In this document: positions 1-13,215 of the stretch, in pieces
Numbering within the stretch: position 1 is the stretch's first letter
Layout: every line of letters begins with the position of its first letter
NCBI GenBank assembly: GCA_051362555.1
Contig: CM120643.1
Location: forward strand, 26,044,848-26,108,847
Direction of reading: 5' to 3'
Origin: Lingula anatina
Lineage: Eukaryota > Animalia > Brachiopoda
DNA length: 64,000 bases
Translations under genes and position numbers: made by a program
Notes under the pieces: generated by a model
The model's input: the letters and a program-made list of their open reading frames with translations, nothing else
Databases searched by the model: none
Told to the model about the DNA's origin: nothing

Positions 1-992
1 TGCTCTCGCTTATCTTATTGAAACTGTAATTGGAAACTGGAATTCCAAGAAAGATGCAAACATTTAAATCATCCTCCGTTTGATTTCTCTTTCTGTGTCT
101 TTCTGCGTTTGTCTGTCTGTCGCTCTGTGTTTTGTCTTAACCGCAAATGATACTCGGCTGGTTGACGGGAGAGGAGAACTTTTAAATATCGGTCAAGTTC
201 ATGCTGGTTTCGTTTCTTTTGATCATTATTTTGATATTATCATTTGCCTGGTATATTTTCTGCGACCCGTGATTTTGAATCAAATTTGTTCATGATTGAG
301 AAATAAATATTCATATTTTACGCAATTAGATGTATGTATGCCTCATGTATAGAGGTAAGCGACCATCTATCTGTACTGTGTGCACATTGTATACATCTGT
401 CTTAATTATTAATTTTTAATCATTAGTTGTCAACCCCCTCAGGTAATTTAGATTAACCTGTTTTTCTATACCTCTGATTTTCTTCCCGTGGTTACCTAAA
501 TTCTCAAGTGTCCAATTATTCGTTTTTCTCTCGGATAATATTTGATTGACATTTAATTCCATTATCCTTGGTCTGTGATGCAATTAGGTTTCTTTGTCTT
601 GTGGGTGTTAAGTGGGTTAGATGCCCTTTCACTAAAACGCATTTTATCCATGGGATTTGGTGATTTACTTTGTACTTTCGTTCCGTAAGTGGGTTGCTTC
701 ATTTAACACACCGGCTTTGTGCTGTCGTGGCCTGCCCTCTTTAGGAAAATGAGTCTACCGTCGACTCTGCCTACCTCATCGATGTATAACCCTTCGGAAT
801 GGATTTTTTCTTTTGTATTTGCCAAAACTTGGATGAACATTGACTAACGTTACTCGAACAAATCTGTCCCCGTGCGTCGGTGTTAAGAAGAGTCTGCTGT
901 ATATAGATTCAAAGATTGTTCAGATACAAAAAATACTCGCGGATTTTATTAATTAACGTTGCTGTAGAATTAGCTAGGGTTGTAATGACCCC

Positions 993-993
993 C

Positions 994-1033
<40 letters not shown>

Positions 1034-1040
1034 GTGTGTT

Positions 1041-1106
<66 letters not shown>
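993..1106. repeat. Compound (CT)n-(TG)n-(AG)n microsatellite
   Basis: Directly visible. Confidence 0.95.
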
Positions 1107-1108
<2 letters not shown>

Positions 1109-2143
1109 GTGTCTTTCATTAATCTTTATATGCGGAGGGTTAAAGTGTGCATGCGGCCTGTGTTTCTGTGGAAAAATAACGTGTAGAGAGCTGCTCTGTT
1201 GGGTGTCATATATTACTAGCGCTTACGGTATAGTCAAACATACATGTACTGTTACGTGATACATTTGCGGTTTTATTCGTACAGCCTTATCACGTTTCTT
1301 CTTAGTCTCAAATTCTTATTACGCTGGGGTAACTTTGTACCACTTTAATCCAAAAGAGTGTGCTTGTGAAAAACCTTAGCCGGGGACGCGTGGGCGCGAA
1401 AGTTTAAGACGCATGCCCGTTATCTTTAGGATTACTCACCAATTTACTGTAGAACACATTTGATAATTCTCAATTCCTTGATGCCTCGAAGAGAAGATAA
1501 AATTGACCATTTTATAACCTTGCAGTGTTTTGGAGTCATGTCAGTCATGTCTGAAAGACAGGGTTGTTTCCAAGGCGCCAAAATCATTATAAAATACAAA
1601 ATGAGACACCAGAACCGAAAATTATAAAACAATTATTCCGCACGAATGTCAAGAAATGTCTTTGACAATTCAACTTCGAATTTCTAGAAATTGTCAATGA
1701 CGCCAGGAAATTTGATATAAGTCTATGCGACTTCCACGCTTTTAACGCGCCACTCCCACGGGAGACACACGTACCTTCAATTCGTTTTGGGATTATTTAA
1801 AGGACTGACATTTCTCACGTCGTAATCTAACGCGGTAGGGTCACGCCATTTTGTTACGTTGTTTCACTCCGATTGCTGGATCATCTATCGTTAAATACCA
1901 CTTGCACGCCCTCTGGTGGTTTCATATTCAGGAACTAATGGAGTTGGATGAAAGATGATATCAATAAATGAGGACTGCACATTCTGTACATAACGGCCAA
2001 CGGCCAAAGTAGAAGTAATTTGATACTTTGAAGTCCATGTGGACAAACCACGTAGAAAAGAAGACCACAATTCTACAGTATAACACTTAACTGCAGTGCC
2101 ATTATTATAATTTTTTCATATACAGGGAGTTGACAGTATGGGC

Positions 2144-2419
2144 TGAAGGGAAGTTTAAAGAAACGCCCTGCAGCCTTTGGCCAGTTGACCGCTTAACCAT
2201 TCCACCTCTTGCTTAGAAAGCACAGGCACGGCTTATACAAGAACGTCACAGGTCTTTATTAGATTTTAAATATAGCTTAAAGTGTGTTTGAAGAGTAGTC
2301 TGAAGAGCAGTTTAAAGAGCCGCCCTTCAACCCTTAGCCATTTGACCGCTTGACCACCCCTCCCAGCCTGTTGCCCAGAAAGCATGGATACGTCTTATGC
2401 AAGAACGTTACAGGCCTTT
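2144..2419. repeat. Diverged two-copy duplication, period about 157 bp
   Basis: tgaag..agtttaaaga..cgccct..ttgaccgctt.acca..agaaagca..cttat.caagaacgt.acagg.cttt occurs at about 2144 and about 2301. Confidence 0.75.
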
Positions 2420-2504
2420 GGCGAGGGTGGACGTTTGCATGCTTTTAATCCGTTTATGGCAACAAATCCAAAATTTGCAGGAATCGACTTAAAGATGAGT
2501 TTAA

Positions 2505-2759
2505 GACTCCATTCCCAAAGACACCATCGGTCGACGTTGGTTGACCCAACTCTGCGAGGGCACTGGCTAAGTGAAATCAGAATACTAAAGGCAGGTCTCC
2601 TCTTGTTCCCAACGCACTGGTATCACCATCAGCTTTTCTGTACTCTACCCAGTACCAGGAGACGGCTTATCATTCAGTTAAGCTGATTGCAGTCAGCGAG
2701 AGTCCCCGCAGAGTTTGGTCGATCCACGTAGACCCATGGTGTCTATGGGAATGGGACCC
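2505..2759. mobile_element. Palindromic MITE, family shared with 40373..40571
   Basis: ccattcccaaagacaccatcggtc...caactctgcg / cgcagagtttg...gacccatggtgtctatgggaatgg; internal ctcctcttgttcccaacg is shared with the 40-kb copy. Confidence 0.7.
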
Positions 2760-5700
2760 AAGATCGAGAATAACTTACTGGTTTGGCCGAAATGGTTTCG
2801 ATTTGCCAAATTAAAAAAAATCGGATTACAATGAAGAAATTTAATTTTACAAGCTGCAGGCGTGCAGGCACTTGGCTGCTGCGCAGGTATAGCTGGACGG
2901 ATTCGTCCATGCTTTTATGTGTTGTTCTGAGTCTAAGGAGTGACATGGGGTATAGAATATCAAGTCAGTTAACTTTTATTTTATCTCCAATGAGACAGCC
3001 CGTTTTGTTTAATTATAATAGTTTTGAGACTTGACGTATACGGTAGGGATAAATAAGTTTTTGGTGCTAAAAACAATCACCGTTATTGTAACGGCCGACT
3101 GAACATGTACATGTGGGTGAGTGACATATTTTACGACCGCGACAAAATACTTTTAGACATTTTTGATTATGTCATGTTTATAAAATGTATTCTAGGTTTT
3201 TGTTATTTTCCATGTGTAAATTAAGGCAAACTTGCCTGGGGCCATCTTAAGAACACACCATATAGTCGTTTCGCATTTTAAAAAAAATTTAAAAAGTAAT
3301 TAAAAGTGATATACAGTGTATTGTAAAATAAGTCTTTATGTTCAGAACATCAGCTGATGATTGTCTGGTCCTTTGACTAATAAGGTGTTATAATTTTTTG
3401 CTCTCGCTTGTAGTCATAATCCTTAAAACCTTACGTTTATGGGCTGTCTGGCCGTTTTTATTGAGACATAAACCTGCATTTGGTTTGCGTAACAGGACTG
3501 AAAATTTCATGAAATCTACGTTCAGAAGCACGTAGTTAAGTGATTTTAACAGCCGATGAAACGAGTCAGTTGATTAAAACACAGTTGGCGAATCCTCCCC
3601 TCTGAAGAACCCAGTAATCCATAAGGACCTTCATTTGAGAACGATGATTACTATTACCGTCCCTAAGCTCAGAATTACCCTGAATTCGGTATAATCAAAA
3701 ATAGTTTATCTCCTCCACCAGCTTACGTATTTGGAAATTAACACATGTTATAATTGGTGAATTTTAGGCAGCTTTCGTCTATGAGAGTACGTTTGGGGGC
3801 GATTGATAAGAAGTGCTGTCTAGAATATTTAACATTTTGGTAGATCATTCACTGGCATATCTGGGTAATAATATCTATTGCAAGCATTGACGTTGCGCCC
3901 AATTAAACGAATATTTTGGATAACTTCACAATAAATTCCGCTCGATAAAACAAGGTTATTTTGTCAATCGTTTGATTAAAAAGATAAAAGCCCTGCGTGA
4001 ATATTGCTATTTAACTCCACGATTAATTTTTACTGCTGTCACTTTTTTGTAGCTGTCAGTAGCGCCCCCTTCAGTTGGAACACGAGCTATGGTACCGCAC
4101 TCGTCCTGGTCTCAGACAAAAGGACGACATTGAGACAAGGGATCAGTGTCGTCAAATAACTCCTTAATCAACCTAAACATTTTGATTTAAATTAAGTTTA
4201 CTTTGAACCCAGATAAATCACCCGTAGTCTAACCCAATAAGCCACAATGCGTGTCATATGGCAATTAATAAGAAAGAAACATTTACTTGATTCACTTTGA
4301 TTTTTTTTTTGCGTGAATTCTCCCCCAGGTCTCTATCGATACCTTGTAATTCCACGAGATTTCCAGGCAGTTTTCAAGACATCCCTGTACCAGTTGCATG
4401 CACCTGAAAGTTGTATTAATTTCCAAATCGCTTTATACGTTAAAAGGTTAAGCCACATGAAACCTTGACCCCTATTAAGAGAGTCAACTCCATTGCTTTT
4501 AACCGGAATATTGTATTCAACGCTTGTAAATGTCACGTCATTATTGCCGGAATTATTGTTGGTGTTTGTGGATTAAAAAACCAATCAACTTGGCACCGCG
4601 TGGGTACGTACCATCGATCCCGACTCCTAAGTCTATGGGAATTAAACGAACACGCTTCTCTGACTGGTAATTACGATCTGCCTAATATTAACAATAATGC
4701 CAATCCGTAGACTCTCGTAGGAATGAAGCAATTTGGTTGTCGGATGGTATTTTAGTTATAACACTTTCGATTCGTTTTGCAATATACAAGTAGGGACGAG
4801 TGGCCGATGAGGCTGCAATAATAAACCACTATCAGTCGTTGAACATGGATTATCTGCACTGATATGTGATTTACGATCATGACATTTTTTATGAAGAAGT
4901 TTTGTTGGGTGGATAACGGTTGGCTTCTAGGTCATATTAAATTTGAGTTTTGATTACAGTCATTTTTAAACGCGCGTTAGCTTATATTGGATGGAGAAAG
5001 ACTGTTTAATAGCGGGTACAAAAGCGCAGCGTTGGTGCGAAATATTTCATTAAAATGGATTTTGATGGCGGTCTTATAGCTTTTGCTAAACGCTTTATAT
5101 AAATCATTGCAAACAAAATGGGAAATCGCTTTACCCAGATTAATTATATTAATTGTACCCGCTGTTATATAAGCCGCGGACATGACCTTCATTTTCTGTA
5201 CGCCTCGTGTTAGCTACAATGGATTGAACAGGCCTGATATGTGCTAGTCAGAAATGGTATTTTATCACACATCCAGCTTTATTTTGATAAAAAAAAAAAA
5301 AAAAAAAAACTGTTGGCAACTAGCGTACATGTGATTATTTTAAAATTATTTTATAATTATTTTATAATTAAAATTGAAAGAAAGACAGGTCATTTTAAAA
5401 AAATATTTTCTTAAGTTTTATTTTTGGCGCGGTGCATCTTTAATGAAAGAAAAAACATTGACCTCATGGGTTCCATGGGGCATTATTTCCCAATTCGTTA
5501 GAAAGTGTTTCGTATCAGAAAAAAAAGTAGTCGAATTATTTTTATTGATTCGGTGAGTGCCGTATTTCTGAATTAGCACGAAGTATTGGCTTGCTCGTAA
5601 ATGATGCTGATGATGCATTACCCAATTAATCTTTTAATAACGCGGTGCAACGACCTTATTACTACTAGAAGTCCTAGAAGTCCGTTTATAGATTTGTTTA

Positions 5701-6301
5701 ATATGTTGCTGTTCGTCTGTTAGAATCATTGATGACTTTCTAGTCGCTCAGGGGTTCTGGAGCTGGTTGGTCAAACCACTTCAGTCTCGCAAGGATCTCC
5801 GGCAGTGTGGGCAAAAAATAGCCGCTGCTTTCGTTACATATCAAATAGCGTCTGATTTCGTTATTTTCGCTTGCCTGCCTGCGCTGTGCTGCTGCTGTTG
5901 TCCTGTAAGTTTATTTCCGCAGCTTTATGCTTCCTTGTGTATATATTTTTGCCACTTCTATCTGTCTATTGCAACTCGCTTATGAAAGCCTCCATGGAGG
6001 CCCTTATAACGTGCCTTCACCAGGTATTGAAATAATTATCACTTTATGTTATTATTTGATATTACTATTAATTAAAAAATCCATTTTGGGCAAATTAATC
6101 AAGATCCTAAAGTTATTGTATTGTAACAACTTGTTGTTCTGAAAAAAATATACATGTAAAAAAAGTCAAATAATGCTTTAGAATTTAGTTTCTTTACAAT
6201 TGACTCAAGTGTGGTCGATCTGAACATTTGATATCAAGTTATGCAGTAATAATGGGTTAAAGTAATGACTTTTAGATGCAAGGGAATGTGAACTAGTTTA
6301 T

Positions 6302-6932
6302 ACATGTATGCAAATGTGTATGTGTATGTGTGTGTGTGTGTGAATGTGGATGTGTGTGTATATGTGTGTGTGTATGTGTGCATGTGTGTGCATGTGTGTG
6401 TGTGTGTGCATGTGTATGTGTGTGCATGTATGTGTGTGCATGTGTATGTGTGTGTATGTGTATGCGTGTGCATGTGTGTGCATGTGTATGTGTGTGCATG
6501 TGTGTGTGTGCCTATGAATGGGTGTGCATGTGTATGTGTATGTGTGTGTGCATGTGTATGTGTGTGCATGTATGTGTATGCGTGTGCATGTGTGTGCATG
6601 TGTATGTGTGTGCATGTGTGTGTGCCTATGAATGGGTGTGCATGTGTATGTGTGTGCATGTGTATGTGCATATGAATGCGTGTGCATGTGTATGCGTGTG
6701 CATGTGTATGTGTGTGCATGTGTATGTGTGTGCATGTGTGTGTGCATATGAATGCGTGTGCATGTGTATGTGTGTGCATGTGTATGCGTGTGCATGTGTA
6801 TGTGTGTACATGTGTGTGTGCATGTGTGTGTGCCTATGAATGGGTGTGCATGTGTATGTGTGTGCATGTGTATGTGTGTACATGTGTGTGTGTGCATGTG
6901 TGCGTGCATGTGTATGTGTGTGCATGTGTGTG
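6302..6932. repeat. Complex (TG)-based minisatellite
   Basis: About 630 bp of tgtatgtgtgtgca-type units, with recurrent cctatgaatgggtgtgca at 6511, 6625 and 6833. Confidence 0.95.
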
Positions 6933-8205
6933 AAGATATAGAGCAGTGAAATATACGTTACACATTAAATCCCGGATGGTACAGACACAAGCCCCCAAAT
7001 GCACGCGCACAAAGCGAAGTCAATGGCCTTGTTCTGTAATGATGCATGCAGCTCTTTAGTTTCAAGCAGCTGACTTCAAGACCACCTATCCGTTCCCATG
7101 ATACCATGCTGCAGTCCCTCCTCTAACCAGATGTGCGCTTTTCGCTTGGTCTAATGACCAATACACGCACGAATGTACATAGCTTAGGGGTGCAGCAAGT
7201 GTGGCTTAAGGTTATTGTAAACTTTTATAATCACCCAGATACCGAAAACGAAGGTTTTCCTGCATTTGATCATTCAATAATGCATCTATCTTCGTGCTGA
7301 TTTTAAACATAAACAAAAAATTCGAAAATATAAAATACCGTCATTTATATTTCTCGTTTTTAATGTATAAGCATAGGCAACTCAAAGCTTTAATCGTCAA
7401 TTTAACACCTTTCTATTTTGAGGTGAGATAGCATATGGTATGGGGCGTGCTTTCATTCATGAACAAGATTTTATCACGAAAAACTGGCAGAGTTAACGAT
7501 GAGTGTATGGGCCACAATCCCATATCGTCATTTTGGTTTAAATGTCTTTGCTATGGAGTTTGTTGGGAAGTTTATTTTTCTTTATCAACGATAAAATCTA
7601 AATTAAGACTTTAAAGAAAAATCGTTGGCAGGGTTTTAGAGTACTAAATGGTGATAGTAAATCGGCGTTGAAACGGCGATCGTGGGTGCTCAGAGAAAGA
7701 GAAAATTGAGAAACTGTTTTTTCAGTTTTCACAGCGAAATCGCAATTATGACGTCACCCGTAGATGATATATGTAATTAGGTATATATATATGTATATAG
7801 ATAGATAGTATTTACGATTATAACGGGGGCTAAAAATCCAGCATCGTGGGTCTAATGGACGCCTTAATTTCTATGTACAAAAGAGGTTATGATATCATAT
7901 GCAACAAATTTAAATAAAGCCAGTATAATAATAACAACAAACAAATGATCAATTAAAACAACAACACTTACTGCATTTTTGATCATTTATTATCATAAGA
8001 TTCAGTTAAGTTTCAATCTCTTCTGTCCTTCCTGGGTAATAATTTATTCTGAAGTTTTATTAACCTCTTGTGCTATTGTGAGTTTTGAACTATCTTATCT
8101 ACTATTACTACTACTACAACAAAGAAGGAGCGGGGTACAACGCTGATGAAAACAAAACCTCCTTCGTTGGTGGACGTATTTTTGTCAGTAGTTTAAGACT
8201 TGCAT

Positions 8206-8672
8206 CCCATTTCCACAGATTAGATCGACCTACTTTAGATCGACCTAACTCCCTGGGGGTTAACGCTAAATAGCTGTCAGCCGGGCGGACACGAAAGTTA
8301 ATTACCTCCTTACAGCTTGTAGTAGGCGGGACGGACATTTAAGTCGGATTATCTGAAAGTAATCTAGTGAGACTCCCCGCGGGGATAGATCGATCTAAAA
8401 TCTATGGGAATAGAGCCTTGGTTCCCATGCCTAGATCGATTTAACAGGATCGATCCATCTCCAAGGGGTTTCTCGCTAAAATGCTTTCAGCTTAAGCGGC
8501 TTAGATGTCTGGCACGCCTACTGAAGCTGCTAAACGATAATCAATTACTCCCTAGCAGGTTCAGTAGGCGTGGCAGGCAACTAAGCCGCTTAAGTTGACA
8601 GCGATTTAGCGAGAATCCCCTTTTGAGATAGATCGATCCAACATTAGTACGATAGGGGCTGGGAATGGTCCC
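8206..8672. mobile_element. Two abutting palindromic MITE-like elements (about 8206..8417 and 8418..8672)
   Basis: The first has cccatttccacagattagatcgacc / gatcgatctaaaatctatgggaat. The second contains a long hairpin at 8447..8639 (ggatcgatc...cttaagcggcttag...cacgcctactgaa / ttcagtaggcgtg...ctaagccgcttaag...gatcgatcc). Confidence 0.65.
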
Positions 8673-9768
8673 TAAAATTATGCCCAGTGGCTAAAGGCGT
8701 AACTCTGGGCTAACTGGATCGACTTTCCGTACATGTACTTGCTTAATTGTTTTAGCGGTGCAGTTTATTCCGTCTGACATAATGCTTTACATATGTAATT
8801 TTCCATACATTGTTTGTGGAGCACATTTATGCTTGTAGTTACCGTCGGCCGAACGTGGGAATACCCTTTCAGCGTATACACAGCTAGTCTCTGTTTTTGT
8901 CTTATTTGTTTTCCTTTGCGATTAAAATAATAGTTAATGCCGCCCTGTGTTGTTTGTTTTAAGTTCAGTTGGATGTGGTTTTATGTTTCAGAGATCCACG
9001 TGAAGCAAACTCTTTTGCAAAATAAACGATGTTCGGTTTATGCCATTTCAGCGCCAGGTATTCCAGTGAAGAGGCATGAAAGCTATCAAACCGCCTGGTC
9101 ACAGGTCTACAAGTTAAACGGGGCATCAAAGAAAATCTAGAAAGACAGCGGATGCGTGTTCGAAAAGATCACATCCTGTTGAAACAAGCGACCGGATGCT
9201 TTCCTGAGATGAGTTCTAAAAAACACAGCGATTATCGCATGACTTCTGGGCACGTCGTGATGGCGCGGTACTCTTCTTAGAATCACGCCGAGATCGTGCG
9301 GACTGCGAATGTCAACTACAGCTTATTAGTGATGTCAAATTGCTGGTGGCATCTTTGGTCCGCGCGGGCCTGCTAACACGTTTGGATTAGTTCCTCCGGG
9401 GACTCATTGGCGTTAAGATTAACGACTTAAGACGGCAGGCTTAATGGGAGAGGTTTAATCGATTCGGTTGCTGATACTGTTTCCAATGCGTGACGTGAAT
9501 ACATAACATTATTGTTCTTTGTCGACAACGGCGTGTTCGCGCCAGGGGTTTTGGGTGGTGACTAAGGCCCTTCTACCCTACAACAACAGTGATTGTGTTC
9601 TGTTGATTGATTAATGTTTTCTTTACAATGATCCCTTGGTTATTAGTGTATGCGCTGCCAAGATAAAGGGCAAGCGCTCGTTATCTCACACGGGACGTTA
9701 AAAACCTATTGGAAGTCGACGTATTTACGTGCTGTGCCCCTACTCTGTATCATTGCGACTGAGGAGAC

Positions 9769-10737
9769 ATGAGTGGCAAGGGCTTCGCACCGATGAATTT
9801 GTCAGTGTTAGCGCTGGAGACTCGCGGCGGAAACACTTCGGAAGCCTTTGCCGAGAGACTGACAGCGCTTTCCAATCAGAGTGTTCGGCCGTTGCTGTTT
9901 GACGCCAGAGAACTCGGTTGCGAGATGTCAACGCTTTATTACAACTGGGAAAAGGAGTTTGAGGCTTGTGTCGACAACGACACAGGGATGGGCGGCAACT
10001 CCACGATGTTGAGGACCCCCACCCCCTGGCCTCTTAACACCGTGATTTTGGGGGTCATTTTCGGCGTGATTTTTCTCCTGGTTGGACTGGTGGGGAACGT
10101 CATGGTGGTTTTAGTTGTAACCAAAACGCGCACCATGCACTCGCCTACAAACTGCTACTTGGTCAGTCTGGCAGTGGCAGATATCACAGTTTTACTTTCA
10201 GCAACGTTGCCTAACATTGTCAGCCTTTTCCTCTACATAGAAGACTTTCCGTACGGCGTGGTCGGGTGTGCCTTTTTAACTTTCTTAACTTACCTTGGCG
10301 TTAACGCCTCAGCGTTGTCCATCACGGCGTTCACGATAGAACGCTACGTCGCAATCTGTCACCCAATGAAGGCTCAAACTCTGTGCACTGTGGCTCGGGC
10401 CAAGCGGATCATACTTATCCTGTGGGCCTTTAGTATAACGTACTGCGCCCCATGGCTGGGTCTGACCAAACTAAATACAGCGAAGTATGTCGGGGGGATA
10501 GAATTAGACGACTGCAGCCTTCGACTGGATCGTAAAACATATGGGATCTACTACACGGCTGATTTCATCGTGTTTTATGCAGTCCCCTTGTTGCTCACAG
10601 CGGTCCTTTACGTTCTCATAGCTCGGATGTTGTTCCTCAGTCGAGGGCTGTCGGCACCCAAACCTACCGTGGTGAGAAAGTCGTCCCGAAATGGAGAGCA
10701 CTGTTTCAAAAACAAGGCCGCTACTTCACGAGTACAG
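9769..10737 (+). CDS. TRHR: TRH-receptor-like class A GPCR, coding exon 1 (N-terminus, TM1-TM5, ICL3)
   Basis: ORF 9769..10758 has [55 protein letters not shown] and DFIVFYAVPLLL, closely matching vertebrate TRHR motifs ([46 protein letters not shown]). Donor CAG|GTAGGT at 10737/10738 falls after exactly 323 codons (phase 0). The start Met is uncertain because there are several in-frame ATGs. Confidence 0.9.
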
Positions 10738-11942
10738 GTAGGTGATAAACACTGCTAGTATCCATTAAATATTATTATTATCATTATTATTATTGTTTCA
10801 CATACCGTATCTGCATCTCTTTTCAGTTTGCTATTTTTTCTTTAAATTCATCATTAATGACATGAAAAGAAAAGCTGCAAAAACTATTCTCCTGCGTCGT
10901 GGGTTTAGGAATCATAATCTCATTTCCTTACCGAACGCGGTTCCAAATTACAAATCATATCATCACTCATGTAATTAACTTACTTGTCATAATCGCCGAT
11001 ATTTTATTATCACGTTAAACGACGAATGCGGAGATGATGTGTTATTTGTTTTAACGTTTAGAACATTATTTCAACAATCAATATTTTTTCACATTTTGTC
11101 CCAGTTGGTACACCGGTATCAAATGGGACAAAATGGTGTCCCCTAAAATCTCTATAATTTTGTTATGATATATATTCTTACCATAACTACACGCTTGACA
11201 AAAATCAGACCAATGATGCATGAAACGTCTATGATATTTTAATTAAACCAAAAATACGTGCGTGTATTTGAGTTAAAGAAAATTTGCAGACCGCAAAAAT
11301 GATCAATTAGCCGACGACAAAATTTGAAAATATTTTTCCATTGACTCTCTATTTATCTGTTGCATGCTTCTGATATTGCCCAAATTGGATTTGGTAAAAA
11401 CTATTCTAGGGATAACTTAGCTGGAAACAGTTGGCGCTAGCAGGTAAATCTAACGACGTCCATTTAACCACTTTGGCAAAAGTGACCATTTCTGAAGATG
11501 TATTGTCCAATCTTGCTGAAAACAATGGACATAACTGTAATTTAGCGGCATGTTTTTCGTTCCCTGATATTAGCGAAAGCTGTGGTTTGATTAGCCAAAA
11601 ATGCAACAAATCCAACAAAAACTCTAGGTGGAGTCGTAAATTAGATAACCTTGAGTTCGTTATTATCTTCAATGCGCTGTTTAGATAAATCCAGCGCGCA
11701 ATAACGTTTCGTTTTATGGCTGTGACTTTCCGATCTCCCAGATCCCGCTGCGGCCGTATTTCACGTAAATCTTGTTACACATACAACGAGATCGATGAGC
11801 ACTGGGGAATAGTACTCACGTTTAGTTTCACAGACGTGTGACGTACGTCCACCCTTGGTGTGTGGAAAGCTTTCGTTGTCTCTCTCTCTCTCTTTCTCTC
11901 TCGAAAACACACATGCACAAAACTTTCACTTTCTTCCTAACC

Positions 11943-11979
<37 letters not shown>

Positions 11980-12857
11980 ACACACCATACCCGCGGGCGC
12001 GCGTGCATACACTTTAATCGATAGGGATGACTTCGCTGCCTTGGTAGCTTTGTTGTACATGTAGCAAATATGCGACCACATAATTTCCTCTGATAAACAA
12101 TATATCCATCTACTAATACACAATGAAAACAAATAATAAAACAAACAAAAAAAAACTTAACTTTCTCCACATTGAGAAGAGGTATTGGCGTCAAACTGGG
12201 ACAGAATCCGTAAATGATATCCTGCTTTTGTGAAACCAATAATATCAGAGGAATCGTTCCTGTGTTCTTGGTTTCAGGAACTGCTTGTGGTAAATTACAT
12301 TTGTGTTCGCTCTGCGACGGATCCCTCATATCCTTTTTGTGGCTTCCTGTACAGCTTTTCGCGTTTTCCACGGAGGGAGATTTTTACTAAGGTTACACTG
12401 GTAAGCCGTTACCGAGGACCGAGTTCAACTGCAAATACATAACACCATTTGCTTTTTTTTTATCATTGCGAAACAAAGTTGTGATGCTAATTAAAACCAC
12501 TCAAACCGGTATAAATGCAAAACTGTTGTATATTGACATCGTTTCTAGGATAATTTTAATAGTGAATAAAACGAGAACTGATACATGTAAAAGTATTGTT
12601 CTCTCCCCAGTATATATATAAATGGAATCCTTTCAAACACACGTTGCTGTAACGTGATTCAAAAGTACTCACAGGGGTGAATAAATACATAAGTTAAAGT
12701 TTGATATTATTTGAAATAAGAAATGTAGCGGAAATATGTGTAGTCTCAAGAAATTTCAACAAATAATCATACTATTACGTGCTATAACGACCTTAATCCG
12801 AAACAGTTTCGCAGACATTACCTGCAATCTAGAGGCAAGGAAAGGTTGATATGGCGA

Positions 12858-13215
12858 AAGACCCTCAAGATAAGCATTCAGCAAGTCAAATAACCGTTAA
12901 TAAGATAAGTGACCGACTTGATTTCATGAATACTTTAAAAGATAGTATGTAATTGATTGATTTTATTGGAGATGACACACTTAGGGAATAGGGGTGTAAT
13001 TTACTTGTATATGTTCCCCTTTAAATTCGTATATCTTTATACGTATATTTCTGTAAGTGGAAAGATTGTATTTGCTGATATGGAACGAAGAAGTTGCAAA
13101 CCTTAGAGGACACATCCATTCCCTATTCCCATAGGGCTCCACTGTTCATTTTTCAAATAGAGATCGTTCTAATGGAAGTCGCTTAATTGCTGAATGCTTA
13201 TCTTTGAGGGTTTTA
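12858..13215. mobile_element. Degraded TIR element
   Basis: accctcaagataagcattcagcaa (12861) mirrors ttgctgaatgcttatctttgagggt (13187..13211). Confidence 0.55.

Noticed and set aside
6234-6949. His/Thr- and Cys/Val-rich ORFs
   Set aside because: Artefacts of the TG minisatellite.
11092-11135. Short hairpin cattttgtccca...tgggacaaaatg, terminator-like
   Set aside because: Eukaryotic intron; more likely a transposon remnant, and no element boundaries could be defined.
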